The position numbers and the translations under genes are program-made. From positions 471 through 64,470 of IMG/VR virus record IMGVR_UViG_3300038379_000484: a DNA stretch of 64,000 nt. One strand, given 5' to 3'. The notes under the pieces are model-generated. The model searched no databases. It was given only the letters and a program-made list of their open reading frames with translations, and was not told where the DNA came from. Below are positions 53,106 through 61,725 of this stretch, one piece after another. This DNA comes from a virus. The first letter of the stretch is position 1, and the number at the start of each line of letters is the position of its first letter.

Positions 53106-54572
53106 ATGGGATGCTCGACCTGCGGTTGCAGCCCCTGCCAGTGCGTGCAGTGCCCGCCATCGGTGCTGAACCAGCCGCGGATCTTCAACCCGACGGTCAG
53201 CGGCGGCCTCTTTACGAACGGCGTCTGGCAGTCGGCGACGCTGAACGCGCCCAACATCAACGGCGGCCAGATCACCGGCGCCACGATCGACTGCACCACG
53301 CAGGCGTGCACGCAGGCGCCCGGGACGTGCGATGGCACGATCGCCACGACCGGCTACGTCTGCCAAGCCGTCAACGACGCCATCAGTGGCGCCAATCCGA
53401 ACTTCTGCGCCGCTGTCGACGTCTGCCTCGCCGGTGGGCCTAGCACGTGCACGCTCGTCATCAACTGCATCAACACCAATATCGGCTCGATCTTCAATCC
53501 GGCGGCGTTCGATCCGTCTGTGTACGCTGACACCGTTCAGTACGGTGTCACGCGCTACGCCACGATCGCGGAGGTGCAGGGCGCCTCTGCGCTGCTCGCG
53601 ATCGACCCGGCTACGCTCGGCGCGTTCTGGAGCGCTGGTGGCCCCAATGCGCTGTGGACGGCGTTCGAGGCCGGCGTATGCGCGGCCGGAGCGTCGTGCT
53701 TCGCGCCGATCACGAGCCCGGTGTTCCTCGGCGACCCGCAGGCGCCGACTCCGCTTCCTGGAGACAACGACACCTCGATCGCGACCACGGCTTTCGTTCA
53801 GGCTGCGATCACCGCCGGTGGATTCGCTCCGATCAACAATCCCGTCTTCACCGGCGACCCGCAGGCCCCGACGCCTCTGGCCGGCGATAACGACACCAGC
53901 ATCGCCACGACCGCTTACGTCCAGAACGAGATCAACCTGCTGCTGGCGCCGACGCCGGCGTTCTGCGCGGCCGTCGGTCTCTGCGGCTACGCGCTGCTCG
54001 CCAGCCCGACTTTCACCGGCGACCCGCAATCTACTACCCCAGCGCCCGGGGACAACGATAACTCGATCGCGACCACCGCATTCGTTCAGGGCGAGATCGC
54101 GACGGCGATGGCGACGATCACGGGCGGCCCGATCTCGTTCTCCTCGACGCCGGTGGGCAATGCGGCCGCGACCGAGACCGACGCCTTCCTGCACAACCTC
54201 ACCGCCGGCTTGCTCGCGGCGAACGGCGACGCGTGGGAGTTCGAGGCCGCCGGCACATTCGCGGCGACGGTCAGCGTCGACAAGCGCATCCGCGTCTACT
54301 TCGGCGCGACGATCGTGTTCGACTCCGGCAACCTCGCCATCACGAGCGCGGAGACGTGGCGCCTCACCGGAACCGTGGTGAGGACCGCTGCTGCGGCGGA
54401 GAAAGTCGCCATCAGCCTCATCACGAGCGACGGCACGATTCAGGCGATCGGCGCCTACAGCACGGCGGCGGAGAACACGGCCGTCGCGCAGCCGGTCAAG
54501 CTCACTATCAACGGTACGAACGCGAACGACGTGATCGCGGAGTTCTTCCGCGACAGGTACGTTCCCGCATAG
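53106..54572 (+). CDS. Cys-rich fibre-like protein, 488 aa
   Basis: MGCSTCGCSPCQCVQC N-terminus; three P.P.PGDND.SIATTA repeats; 18 Cys. Confidence 0.72.
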   Translation: MGCSTCGCSPCQCVQCPPSVLNQPRIFNPTVSGGLFTNGVWQSATLNAPNINGGQITGATIDCTTQACTQAPGTCDGTIATTGYVCQAVNDAISGANPNFCAAVDVCLAGGPSTCTLVINCINTNIGSIFNPAAFDPSVYADTVQYGVTRYATIAEVQGASALLAIDPATLGAFWSAGGPNALWTAFEAGVCAAGASCFAPITSPVFLGDPQAPTPLPGDNDTSIATTAFVQAAITAGGFAPINNPVFTGDPQAPTPLAGDNDTSIATTAYVQNEINLLLAPTPAFCAAVGLCGYALLASPTFTGDPQSTTPAPGDNDNSIATTAFVQGEIATAMATITGGPISFSSTPVGNAAATETDAFLHNLTAGLLAANGDAWEFEAAGTFAATVSVDKRIRVYFGATIVFDSGNLAITSAETWRLTGTVVRTAAAAEKVAISLITSDGTIQAIGAYSTAAENTAVAQPVKLTINGTNANDVIAEFFRDRYVPA

Positions 54573-54578
54573 GAGTAA

Positions 54579-55766
54579 GTGATGGGCACCTGCACAAACT
54601 GCGGCTGCAACCCCTGCTCCTGCCAGCCGTCAGTCCTGAATCGGCCGCAGATCATCGGCGGCGTGTTCGATGGCCCAACGATCAACGGGCCAACGATCAA
54701 TGGCGGCCAAGCCAACAACCTGAACTTAGTCGGCGCGCAGGTCGATTGCACGAGCAGGGGGTGCACGGCAGGAGTGGGTGTGTGCGATGCCGGCATCGCC
54801 ACCAACGCGCAGGTCTGTGCTTCGATCGCGGCCGCCATCTCCTCTGGGAATGCGGCTTTCTGCGCCGCGGTCGAGAACTGCCTTTCCGGTGATCCGGCAG
54901 CGCTGTGTCCGGCTGTGGCCACGTGCATTGCCACCACACCGGGGATCATCAACTCGACCTCAGTGTTCGGTCTCAACGCCAGAGCTACAACCGCTCTCTA
55001 CGGTGTGGTGCGCTACGCCACGATCGGCGAGTTCAACAACGGCAACTGCCTCGTCGCCGTCGATCCGTGCACGCTCATCTCCGCGCTGCAGACGCCGAGC
55101 CTCGCCTCTCCGTTCTGGCTCGCGTTCACTGGCGCGGTTTGCAGTGCCGGGTCTGGATGCTTCGCCCCGCTGAACAGTCCCGCATTCACTGGCGACCCGA
55201 CCGCTCCTACGCCACCGAGCGGCGACAACGACACCAGCATTGCTACGACCGCGTTCGTTACGACGGCGATCAACAACGCCATCAGCAGCACAAACACAGC
55301 GTTCTGCGCTGCGGTGAACGCCTGCGTGAGTATTAGCCCGCCGTCGTGTGCGAGCATCACCGCGCTGTTCCCAGCCGCAGGTGGGGCACCGCCGAATACA
55401 ACCCGCTTCCTCGGCACTGACTGTCTGTCATATACGGCCGCGCAGATCGCCGCCGCTGGAGGCGGTGGTGGTGGCGGGTCGTCTGGTGGTGGATGCACGA
55501 TGGGCCTCACGACGTTCACGGGGCCGCACAGGAACGGATCGCCCGTCGACAACACCGGGCTGTGGATCGGCCCTGACGACTCAGCGGGGGCTGGGGCGGC
55601 GCAATGTTTTGCCGTTCTCCCCGCAATTTGCAGCAGCACCGGCTTCCAAACGGTCGGTGGACTGTGGATCGTGATTACCAACGCGCAGGCGCAGACGGCC
55701 AGAGCCGGCGGCTGCCCGAACATCACGTTCCAGAGCATTTGCGGTGAAAGTGGAGTTCAGAGCTAG
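54579..55766 (+). CDS. Cys-rich fibre-like protein, paralog of previous, 395 aa
   Basis: MGTCTNCGCNPCSC N-terminus; shared LN.P.I..G, GVVRYATI and GDNDTSIATT motifs; 26 Cys. Confidence 0.72.
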   Translation: MMGTCTNCGCNPCSCQPSVLNRPQIIGGVFDGPTINGPTINGGQANNLNLVGAQVDCTSRGCTAGVGVCDAGIATNAQVCASIAAAISSGNAAFCAAVENCLSGDPAALCPAVATCIATTPGIINSTSVFGLNARATTALYGVVRYATIGEFNNGNCLVAVDPCTLISALQTPSLASPFWLAFTGAVCSAGSGCFAPLNSPAFTGDPTAPTPPSGDNDTSIATTAFVTTAINNAISSTNTAFCAAVNACVSISPPSCASITALFPAAGGAPPNTTRFLGTDCLSYTAAQIAAAGGGGGGGSSGGGCTMGLTTFTGPHRNGSPVDNTGLWIGPDDSAGAGAAQCFAVLPAICSSTGFQTVGGLWIVITNAQAQTARAGGCPNITFQSICGESGVQS

Positions 55767-55769
55767 ACC

Positions 55770-55982
55770 ATGAACAACGCTTTTGACGATCAGCGGCTGT
55801 CGCGTGCGCTCAAGGAGAACTCTAATCTCTACGTTGCGCTGCGCGACATGCTTGTTCAACGTCGAGAGCAGAGACGCGAGCAGGCGGAGAACGCTCAGGG
55901 CGAATTGGCGGTGGCCTTGCGCGGGCGTTGTCAGGAACTCACCGCCATCATCAACGAGTTTTTCAAGGAGGTGACACGATGA
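55770..55982 (+). CDS. small helical head-assembly protein (Bbp19-like), 70 aa
   Basis: LRGRCQEL..II..F pattern; precedes scaffold. Confidence 0.55.
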   Translation: MNNAFDDQRLSRALKENSNLYVALRDMLVQRREQRREQAENAQGELAVALRGRCQELTAIINEFFKEVTR

Positions 55983-56152
55983 AGCGCAGAAGCGGAGCGG
56001 CGTCGCGAAGCAGCGATGTCGCGCGTTCGACGCAGAAGACGAACCCGATGCAGAAGATGTCCGGCAACATGGGGCAGCAGTCTGTCATCAAGGTTCCCGT
56101 CCCAGGCGTGCCGGGCTGGATCGGGAAGCCCGGGGGCAAGCGGGGGCGCTGA
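55979..56152 (+). CDS. small basic protein, 57 aa
   Basis: SD AAGGAGG; ATGA coupling. Confidence 0.55.
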   Translation: MKRRSGAASRSSDVARSTQKTNPMQKMSGNMGQQSVIKVPVPGVPGWIGKPGGKRGR

Positions 56153-56406
56153 TGCCCTACGACATGCCTCCGTTCGGTATGGCAATGGCGAAGGAAGGCC
56201 GCGCGCGAGAGCGCGAAGGCTACACCGGAGACGTGAAGCCACCGACGATGGGCCCGGGACAGCCCGCGAATCAGGTCTATCCATGCTGGTGCCAGACGCC
56301 ATACGCGATGGCCTGCGGGCAGACGGCTCAGGTTCGCGAATACCCGGAAGTAGCGGAGGCGCAGTCGATGCGGATGGTAGGGAAAGTCCGCAGCGGGCGC
56401 CCCTGA
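56152..56406 (+). CDS. hypothetical protein, 84 aa
   Basis: TGATG coupling. Confidence 0.5.
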   Translation: MPYDMPPFGMAMAKEGRAREREGYTGDVKPPTMGPGQPANQVYPCWCQTPYAMACGQTAQVREYPEVAEAQSMRMVGKVRSGRP

Positions 56407-56458
56407 ACATCAATCGATAACCGTCGGCACCCACAGGGCCCGACAAAAGGACAGGATC

Positions 56459-57430
56459 ATGGACGTGAAGAACCCAAGGCCGCATCACCCACTGGCTGCT
56501 GCTGCTGCTGCCGAAGACGACGAGATCCAACGGATGATTTCCGCTCCCCTGGCCGTGCCCAGTGCACCGCCGGAACCGGTCAAACCGGTCGTGACCCCGG
56601 AGCCGAAACCACCCGAGCCGGCGCGTCCCGCTGTCGATCCCGCCGTGGAGAAGTTGCAGCACAACTTCGAGACCATGCTTGGTCGCGTCGAGACACTGAA
56701 CGCGGAGAACAAGCGTCTCGCTGAGGAAGCTGCTGCGAAGGAGGCGAACCGTGTCTTCCTCGAACAGCGACTGAACGAGCGCAACGCCGAGGTGGAGAAG
56801 GCGCTGGCAAGGCTTCGTGAACTCGAAGGTGCGCTGGAGGTGAACGAGGCGTCCAAGGGATTTACGTCCGAACTCGTGGATCAGGCACATTTTGCCGAGA
56901 TCTTCCGCGGCATCACACCGCACCTTCGCAAGCGCGACGAGATGATCGAGCGCGTGCTGGCGCGGAACGACGCCCTGGAGAAGAAGCTCGACGAGGTGCT
57001 GAACTCCACGAGGCAGGAGGTGGCGAAGCTCGACCAGAAATGGCTCGATCGTTCGGTGCTGAGAACAACGCCTGAGATCACGCAGATGCTCAAGTCTGCA
57101 GAAGGTCAGGAGTTCCTTGCCCAGCGCGTCCCGGGAACACGACGCACTCGGCTTCAGGAGCTTCAAGACGCGTACCGTGATGGAGACGACACCTTCATCT
57201 CGGAACTCGTCGCCGACTGGAAGCGGCTGGGCAAGCCTCAGGAGGTTCCGACGCCAGACCCTGCGCGCACGATAGTTACCGAGACGCCTCGCGCTCCGCA
57301 GCCGGAAAGGCCCGTGTCGGAGGACGACGTTCAGTCGGCCTTCCAGCAGGTGCTCGACGGCAGGATGACGCGCGAGGATTTCCGCAAGATCAAGGCCACG
57401 TTCGAGAAGCAACTCGTCGCGGGCCGATAA
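56459..57430 (+). CDS. capsid scaffolding protein, 323 aa
   Basis: Coiled-coil, acidic, Cys-free; immediately upstream of the capsid gene. Confidence 0.75.
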   Translation: MDVKNPRPHHPLAAAAAAEDDEIQRMISAPLAVPSAPPEPVKPVVTPEPKPPEPARPAVDPAVEKLQHNFETMLGRVETLNAENKRLAEEAAAKEANRVFLEQRLNERNAEVEKALARLRELEGALEVNEASKGFTSELVDQAHFAEIFRGITPHLRKRDEMIERVLARNDALEKKLDEVLNSTRQEVAKLDQKWLDRSVLRTTPEITQMLKSAEGQEFLAQRVPGTRRTRLQELQDAYRDGDDTFISELVADWKRLGKPQEVPTPDPARTIVTETPRAPQPERPVSEDDVQSAFQQVLDGRMTREDFRKIKATFEKQLVAGR

Positions 57431-57445
57431 CCGGAGGTCACGACA

Positions 57446-58396
57446 ATGACTGTGAGAGCCGCATCGGGCTGGAACTCTCTGGAGGACAGCCCCCTCGGAC
57501 GTCGCAAGTACGCGCGCACGATCGCGTACAGCTACCACTGCGACGGGATCTTCTCGTTGTTCGCCAACAGCGAATACAACAAGGAGATCGACTACTGCAA
57601 CCAGGAGATCCAATTCGTTCGCAACTTCGAGTTGGAGTTCCTGCCCTACGAGAAGAACGAGGTCGGCGTGCCGCAAACCGCCACCCCGGACGCCTTCTGC
57701 TTCCGCATCTGCGACGCCGCCTACATTCGCGTCAAGGTCGACGAACTCGACGAGCGCTTCCTCTGCGAGCGCTGGGCGATGTGGAAGGAGATGTTCGATG
57801 TTGCCGTCACTCGCGCGTGGGACAGGCTCCTGTCCAACGACGTGATGAAGCGGCTTCCGTTCTACGCCTCCGCCTTCAACAAGGGCGCGACGGCGGGGGC
57901 GAAGTCCGGCAACGTCAACCTCGGCGCGCCGGGCGCACCGGTTCTCGTCGACAGCAACAACATCGTCAGTGAGATCGCGAAGCTCAATCAGGTGCTGACG
58001 GAAGCCTGCGCGTGGCAGAAGGGTCGCATGATCCTGCTGATGCCGCCGGCGATCCTCCCCATCCTGATGGACTCGAAGCTCGCCAACGCCCTGCAGATGG
58101 GGCGCTGCGTGGACTGCTCGCCGCTGATGAGCGGGGAGTGGTATCGCAACATGATGGGCTGGGATTTCGTCATCACCAACTACGCCTGCCAGGGCTTCGA
58201 CGCCACGGCGAACCGGTCGGTGATGTACGTGATCGCGATGAACAGGGATGCCCTGCTGTTCGGGCAGAACCTCATCATCACCCGCACCCGTCAGGGCGAT
58301 GGCTTCTACAAGCTGCTCGAAGTGCTGGGCGTGTGGGGCCACAAGCCCGTGCACCCCGATGGCTTCGCCGTCGGCTACTGGAGCGTGGGCGCCTAA
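57446..58396 (+). CDS. major capsid protein (HK97 fold), 316 aa
   Basis: Position after scaffold; SD GGAGG; size; GWDFVITN...G.K.V.P.G C-terminal pattern; strong codon bias. Confidence 0.8.
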   Translation: MTVRAASGWNSLEDSPLGRRKYARTIAYSYHCDGIFSLFANSEYNKEIDYCNQEIQFVRNFELEFLPYEKNEVGVPQTATPDAFCFRICDAAYIRVKVDELDERFLCERWAMWKEMFDVAVTRAWDRLLSNDVMKRLPFYASAFNKGATAGAKSGNVNLGAPGAPVLVDSNNIVSEIAKLNQVLTEACAWQKGRMILLMPPAILPILMDSKLANALQMGRCVDCSPLMSGEWYRNMMGWDFVITNYACQGFDATANRSVMYVIAMNRDALLFGQNLIITRTRQGDGFYKLLEVLGVWGHKPVHPDGFAVGYWSVGA

Positions 58397-58470
58397 GCGC
58401 CAGACGCGGCGCGGCGCGTTCAATCTCCCGGTCGGCCCGCGTAACCGGCTGATGATGATGGAGGCAACAA

Positions 58471-59085
58471 ATGGCTGATGTACAACTGTGGGAAGGCGGG
58501 AGCGCTCTCGTCGTCGGTGTCGACTGCGGTGGTTGCAAGGAGAACAACTATCCGGGCCCGCACCGGATGGCTGCTCACCGGCGCCGCGCACCCTACCTGC
58601 TGGGTGGGGCGATCGACCCGGTCTGCGATCTGCGCAACCGCGACTGCTTCTGCCAAATCGTGGCCGACGACATCGTCTGGCTCGCCCTGATCCCGGAGGA
58701 CTCGTACTTCGAGGCGCTTCGCGTGAAAGTGGTCGAGCCCGACGCTGGCGGCGTCACCTTCAACGTGGTGGCGGAGCAGATCAACCTCGACACCGGCGCC
58801 GTCATCGGCCCGGTGGCGCTTCCCGCTGGCTTCGCCGGCGTGGCGACGGCCGCTCAGGTGGCGGTGTTCGGTGAACCGACGGGTGCGCCCGTCTACACCG
58901 ACCCCTACGCTGGCGGCGTGCGCAACGGCATCCGTGTGGGCGTGCAGATCGCGACGCTGCCGCAGTCTGGCAACTTCTGCGATTACCGCGGCCGCATCGA
59001 ACTCTCGGTCGCCGCGCGCGATCTGGAGACGGTGCAGATCGCGGACTGCCGCCTCAACGGTAGCTGCGTCATCAACAACCCGTAA
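58471..59085 (+). CDS. putative capsid decoration/cement protein, 204 aa
   Basis: Directly after the capsid gene; SD GGAGG; 8 Cys. Confidence 0.6.
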   Translation: MADVQLWEGGSALVVGVDCGGCKENNYPGPHRMAAHRRRAPYLLGGAIDPVCDLRNRDCFCQIVADDIVWLALIPEDSYFEALRVKVVEPDAGGVTFNVVAEQINLDTGAVIGPVALPAGFAGVATAAQVAVFGEPTGAPVYTDPYAGGVRNGIRVGVQIATLPQSGNFCDYRGRIELSVAARDLETVQIADCRLNGSCVINNP

Positions 59086-59152
59086 GGCCGGAGCACTGGC
59101 CAGTGCGTAGTACCCCGGGGGCCTCGGTCCCCGGGGCTGACAGGAGAAGACG

Positions 59153-59503
59153 ATGAGCGACATGCCCAAGATCCAGATGGTGGGCTCGGGTCCGCCGCGG
59201 CTGAACGACGGCGACCTGCCCGGCTACAAGGCGAAGCCCGCGCTGTTTCCTCCGGGGACGCCGAAGTCGCCCTACGTGAAGGACAGGCAGGGCATGGTCT
59301 ACTTCTACGAGCCGTGGATGGACGACATGGGCGACGTCCTCCAGCCGTGCTGGGAGGCCCCGCCGAAGCCGGCGCCGCGCGTCGTGCTGTCGCCGATGGA
59401 CATCGAGCACTACGGCAAGCAGGCGCCGCAACCGACGGAGCAGCCGCCCCAGACGAAGGCGCAGACGCCGTCGTTCGCGTCGGTGGAGACGCAGAACCTG
59501 TGA
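59153..59503 (+). CDS. Pro-rich hypothetical virion protein, 116 aa
   Basis: SD AGGAG. Confidence 0.6.
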   Translation: MSDMPKIQMVGSGPPRLNDGDLPGYKAKPALFPPGTPKSPYVKDRQGMVYFYEPWMDDMGDVLQPCWEAPPKPAPRVVLSPMDIEHYGKQAPQPTEQPPQTKAQTPSFASVETQNL

Positions 59504-59510
59504 GGTCGGC

Positions 59511-60191
59511 GTGGACACGCTGGGCAAGATCCTCGGCGACATCGCCGAGCAACTGAAGGACACCGCTCCGGGCGCAAGTTTCATCGCCTACCCAGAGTCG
59601 CTGCTTCTTCAGTGGTTCAACGACGGGCTGTGCCTGCTCGCGCGCTGGCGGCCGGATCTTTTCTCGCGACCGGCTGTGGTCACGCTCAAGCCTGGATCTC
59701 GTCAGGAGATCGACGGCTGCAGCGTTTTCGGGTCGGTCGTCTCCACGGTTCTTGCTGACGGCCGCGAGGTGCCGGTCAGGCGCACGAGCTACAACGCCTC
59801 GCAGGTCTGGACGAAGCCGTCCTGCCTGAAGTCTGCGAACGGCTTCACCATCGACAGCTACAGCTTCGACACCGCGCAGAAGACGACCTTCTACGTGCAT
59901 CCTCCGATCCCGCCGGGCAAGCCCGTGCTGGCGAGAGTGGTGTGCGCGACAACTCCGCCGGCGTTCACGCTCGCTGATCTCGATGCAGACGTGGATGCCG
60001 ATTGCTATCAGGTGGCGATGGTGAAGCAGTACGTGCTCGCGCAAGCCTATTCGCAGGACACCGACCAGACCAACGTAGCGCTCGCGCAGTTCCACCTCGG
60101 CATCTGGAACAGCTTCCTTCCAGCGGGAGCGCGCGCCGACGCTGCATTCGCCGGCGGTGTTCAATCCACTCAGCAGGTGCAGACCAAATGA
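59511..60191 (+). CDS. head-tail adaptor-like protein (DUF6682-like), 226 aa
   Basis: W.NDG...L...RPDLF, L.PG..Q, FYV.PP, YVLA.AY.QD motifs. Confidence 0.65.
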   Translation: MDTLGKILGDIAEQLKDTAPGASFIAYPESLLLQWFNDGLCLLARWRPDLFSRPAVVTLKPGSRQEIDGCSVFGSVVSTVLADGREVPVRRTSYNASQVWTKPSCLKSANGFTIDSYSFDTAQKTTFYVHPPIPPGKPVLARVVCATTPPAFTLADLDADVDADCYQVAMVKQYVLAQAYSQDTDQTNVALAQFHLGIWNSFLPAGARADAAFAGGVQSTQQVQTK

Positions 60192-60871
60192 GGCTCGCCG
60201 AACAGGTGAAGATGGTTGGGCTGGACAGGTTCCTGCCCGAGCTTCTGCTGACGGCCCCGGCGCTGCCGTCGGACATCGCCGCCTCCTACATTCGTCAGGC
60301 CGCGATCGACTTCTGCGAGCAGTCGAACGCGCTCCGCCGCAAGATCATCCTCGAATCTCAGGCTGGTGTCGGCGACTACTTGCTGGAGCCTCCAGACTGC
60401 ACGCGCACGAACAAGATCGTCCGGGTCTGCGATCACCTTGGCCAGCCCTACCTGAGTGACATCAGCGGCCGCTGCGAGTCACGATGCAACATCTCCTGTG
60501 TCGACGCCTGCGGCCCCGGGGAGTGGTTCCCCATGCAGCGGCTGCGGGTGTGGTTCGAGCAGCCCAACGTCTTCAACGTCAGGCCGATCCCGCGTTTCGA
60601 TCTCGATCTCGGATTCGTTGTTGAGATCTCTGTCGTGCCAGATCGAGACGCGTGCGAGGTCGACGAACTCCTCTATCAGCGGTATGCGCCGACGATCGTT
60701 GCCGGAGCGCTTTCCTACCTACAGCTTCAGCAGGGGCAGCCGTGGTCGAATCCTGGGCTGGCGCAAGCGAACAAGAGGCAGTTCAACGTGGGTGCCGCAC
60801 GCGCCCTCGGTGATGTGCTTGTCGGCACCGCCGGTGGTAATCACAGGCTGACCGCTCGGAGAATCGTATGA
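60188..60871 (+). CDS. tail adaptor/tubular-A-like protein, 227 aa
   Basis: IRQAAIDFCE.S..LR, I.AGAL..L......W.NP..A motifs. Confidence 0.65.
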   Translation: MRLAEQVKMVGLDRFLPELLLTAPALPSDIAASYIRQAAIDFCEQSNALRRKIILESQAGVGDYLLEPPDCTRTNKIVRVCDHLGQPYLSDISGRCESRCNISCVDACGPGEWFPMQRLRVWFEQPNVFNVRPIPRFDLDLGFVVEISVVPDRDACEVDELLYQRYAPTIVAGALSYLQLQQGQPWSNPGLAQANKRQFNVGAARALGDVLVGTAGGNHRLTARRIV

Positions 60872-61725
60872 CCGATTGCTGCAGCACTCCGACGACCCCG
60901 CCGGCGAGGATCCCGCCGGTGGAGTTCTGCGTCGGCAACTACACCATGGTCTATCAGGATGGGCGCATGGTGAAGGTGCCGCGCCAGCCGAAGATCGCGG
61001 ACGGAGTCTACGTCAACCCCACCATCACGATGGTCGACGGTTGTGTCGTCGCCATCGAGGCCGGGACTGCCGTTCTCTATTCCGAGTGCGATCCCTGCGC
61101 AACACCGGCGCCGACGCCACCTCCGGCTACGATCGCCATCGACGGCAGCGGCTGCAATCTCGTCTCCAATGGCCCGAGCGGCCTCATCGCCGCGTTGGTG
61201 ACGACGCCGTCGTCGTGCATCTCGTTCTCCGGGTGTGGCACCGCCGGCGCGCCGCTGCAGGCTGCGCCGATCATCTCGCCCGATGCTGGCAACGCGCTGG
61301 AGTGCAGGCCGAACGGTCTGTATTCGGCGTCGGCTGCGCCGCCATCGGGCGTCAACTTCGTCGGGTGCGGAATCACCGTCACCAACGGGCTCATCACAGC
61401 GCTGCCGTTGCCGTTCCAGCCCGTTTTGGAAATCGTCGCTGATCCGAATGGTTCGGTGACGGTGACGCGAGACGCCACCAACCCATGCCGCGTCACTATC
61501 GGCGGTGGCGCCTTCAGTGGCGGCGACATCCCCGGATTCGTGCTGACCAAGGGCATCAAGCTGTTCGCCGCGTCCACTGATCTTCCCGCTGACCCGAGCG
61601 TGGACGGCTTCTATTGGGGCGCCGTCGGCGCCGCCAACCCGCGTCAACTCTGGGGATTCGTCGACGGCAGCGGCTGGCGCCAGATCTTCGACAGCACCTC
61701 ATCCTCGCTGCAGATCGTGATCTGA
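60868..61725 (+). CDS. Cys-rich tail-associated protein, 285 aa
   Basis: 12 Cys; ATGA coupling. Confidence 0.6.
   Translation: MTDCCSTPTTPPARIPPVEFCVGNYTMVYQDGRMVKVPRQPKIADGVYVNPTITMVDGCVVAIEAGTAVLYSECDPCATPAPTPPPATIAIDGSGCNLVSNGPSGLIAALVTTPSSCISFSGCGTAGAPLQAAPIISPDAGNALECRPNGLYSASAAPPSGVNFVGCGITVTNGLITALPLPFQPVLEIVADPNGSVTVTRDATNPCRVTIGGGAFSGGDIPGFVLTKGIKLFAASTDLPADPSVDGFYWGAVGAANPRQLWGFVDGSGWRQIFDSTSSSLQIVI

Noticed and set aside
42502-55766. Diversity-generating retroelement or invertible fibre cassette
   Set aside because: No reverse transcriptase or invertase seen; repeated modules differ at synonymous positions of all kinds rather than only at adenines.
56450-56463. Operator-like GACAGGATCATGGA at the scaffold start
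   Set aside because: Three mismatches to consensus and explained by the SD (AGGA) plus start codon; not counted in the regulon.
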